This document shows, piece after piece, positions 24,236-25,161 of a stretch of DNA of 25,161 nucleotides. A program made the translations under genes and the position numbers. The stretch lies in IMG/VR virus record IMGVR_UViG_3300012663_000332, positions 1-25,161 of that record; one strand, given 5' to 3'. This DNA is from a virus (Duplodnaviria > Caudoviricetes). The notes beneath the pieces are model-generated. The model searched no databases and was not told where the DNA came from. It was given only the letters and a program-made list of their open reading frames with translations. Within the stretch, counting starts at the first letter, position 1; each line of letters starts with the position of its first letter.

Positions 24236-24562
24236 ATGATGAAAACAAAACGAACTGCCCGCAAAGACTCAAACTATGTGATCTACGTGGCCATGCATGA
24301 CGGCAAGGCTTACATAGGCTTGACACGCAAGGGCTCTACTACAGTCGCAAAGGCAGTAAAGGAGCGGTGGCGTAAGCATATGAGCCGTGCCAAGCATGAG
24401 GACCGCGACTGGGAGATCTATCGCTATATCAAGCAGGGCGCATGGACTGATTGGTCGCATGATGTTATCTGCGTGATCCGGGGTCGTGCTGAAGCATATG
24501 CTTACGAGCGCGAACTAGTAAAGACCCTACAACCTGAACTGAATGATCAGTACATTGGTTGA
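24236..24562 (+). CDS. GIY-YIG nuclease family protein
   Basis: YVIY..YIGLT..ERWRKH..ERELV..PELN. Confidence 0.8.
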   Translation: MMKTKRTARKDSNYVIYVAMHDGKAYIGLTRKGSTTVAKAVKERWRKHMSRAKHEDRDWEIYRYIKQGAWTDWSHDVICVIRGRAEAYAYERELVKTLQPELNDQYIG

Positions 24563-24587
24563 CAGGTCATGCGTTGAGTGTTATAAT
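24559..24587 (+). promoter_or_regulatory. consensus sigma70 promoter
   Basis: TTGACA-17-TATAAT. Confidence 0.85.
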
Positions 24588-24617
24588 TAAGGCTAAGTTA
24601 AACAAAGGAGCGAAACG

Positions 24618-25161
24618 ATGTTCAAACTATTAAGTACTGCAAACCCTAAGATCCAAAAGGGTACTAAGATGGGCTATCTTAGCTTCATCCTACACCTTGC
24701 ACCAGCGGACTTGTCAGGTCGTGAGACTTGCCCCAAGCGCACCGCTGGCTGTACTGCCGCTTGCCTTAACACTGCCGGACGAGGTGGTATGTTCAAGCGC
24801 GGTGAGAATACCAACATGATCCAAAAGGCTCGCATTCGTAAGACGGAGTACTTCTTCAACGATCGTGAGGCCTTTATGGACGATTTGGTTGGTGACATTA
24901 TGCGGGCAGTGAACTATGCTCGCAAGAAGGGCTTGATCCCAGTGTTCCGTTTGAATGGCACCAGTGATTTGAGCTGGGAGAAGTATCCTACTCGTTACGG
25001 TGCTGCCAACATCTTTGAACAGTTCCCTACACTACAGTTCTATGACTATACAAAGGTCTTGGGTCGTAAGGTCAAGCATATCCCCAACTACCACTTGACG
25101 TTCTCTAAGGCAGACGGTAACGATGCAGATGTTGCAGAAGCATTAATGCAGGGCATGTCAG
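24618..25161 (+). CDS. GP88-like (radical-SAM-like Cys cluster) phage protein, truncated at window end
   Basis: MFKLLSTANPKIQKG..TCPKRTAGCTAACL..FRLNGTSD..FYDYTK..NYHLTFS; AAGGAG RBS; absent from ORF track because no stop in window. Confidence 0.7.
   Translation, partial: MFKLLSTANPKIQKGTKMGYLSFILHLAPADLSGRETCPKRTAGCTAACLNTAGRGGMFKRGENTNMIQKARIRKTEYFFNDREAFMDDLVGDIMRAVNYARKKGLIPVFRLNGTSDLSWEKYPTRYGAANIFEQFPTLQFYDYTKVLGRKVKHIPNYHLTFSKADGNDADVAEALMQGMS

Noticed and set aside
24269-24898. Minus-strand ORFs 24269-24460 and 24674-24898
   Set aside because: Antisense to the GIY-YIG and GP88-like genes
1-25161. Alternative genetic code (stop-codon recoding)
   Set aside because: Genes tile densely with TAATG/ATGA overlaps under the standard code, and TAA, TGA and TAG all end plausible genes

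Overview
A densely coded stretch that reads as part of a large lytic tailed-phage genome (T4-like/jumbo style). This is inferred from the many small overlapping ORFs, near-consensus sigma70 promoters, T4-late-like TAAATA boxes and host-like auxiliary genes; no hallmark structural gene is in the window. Left to right: (1) the 3' end of a 5-aminolevulinate-synthase-like gene on +, missed by the ORF track; (2) a minus-strand block of probable head-packaged proteins with M[KR]xxE[FL] N-termini and recurring xxE junctions (HAD phosphatase-deaminase fusion, basic peptide strings, lytic transglycosylase), plus a signal-peptide thermonuclease, YbaN, HNH and YqgE/AlgH; (3) an ADP-heptose-type cluster with two HldD paralogues, HldA, HldC and a cupin; (4) a separately promoted ParB-like (DAQHR) + HNH pair; (5) about 25 small genes (HTH, CDGSH-like, 5'-nucleotidase, 2OG-Fe(II) oxygenase, DUF3307, TraR-like, SWIM, and a paralogous F-x-[LI]-[RK]-[WY] family); (6) three tandem SGNH-like paralogues and a second 2OG oxygenase; (7) a repeat-rich, low-coding strand-switch region (~22.1-23.7 kb) that may be an origin or control region; (8) rightward early-type genes behind repeated palindrome+promoter modules (GIY-YIG, truncated GP88-like). 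All family calls come from reading motifs by eye; no searches were run.
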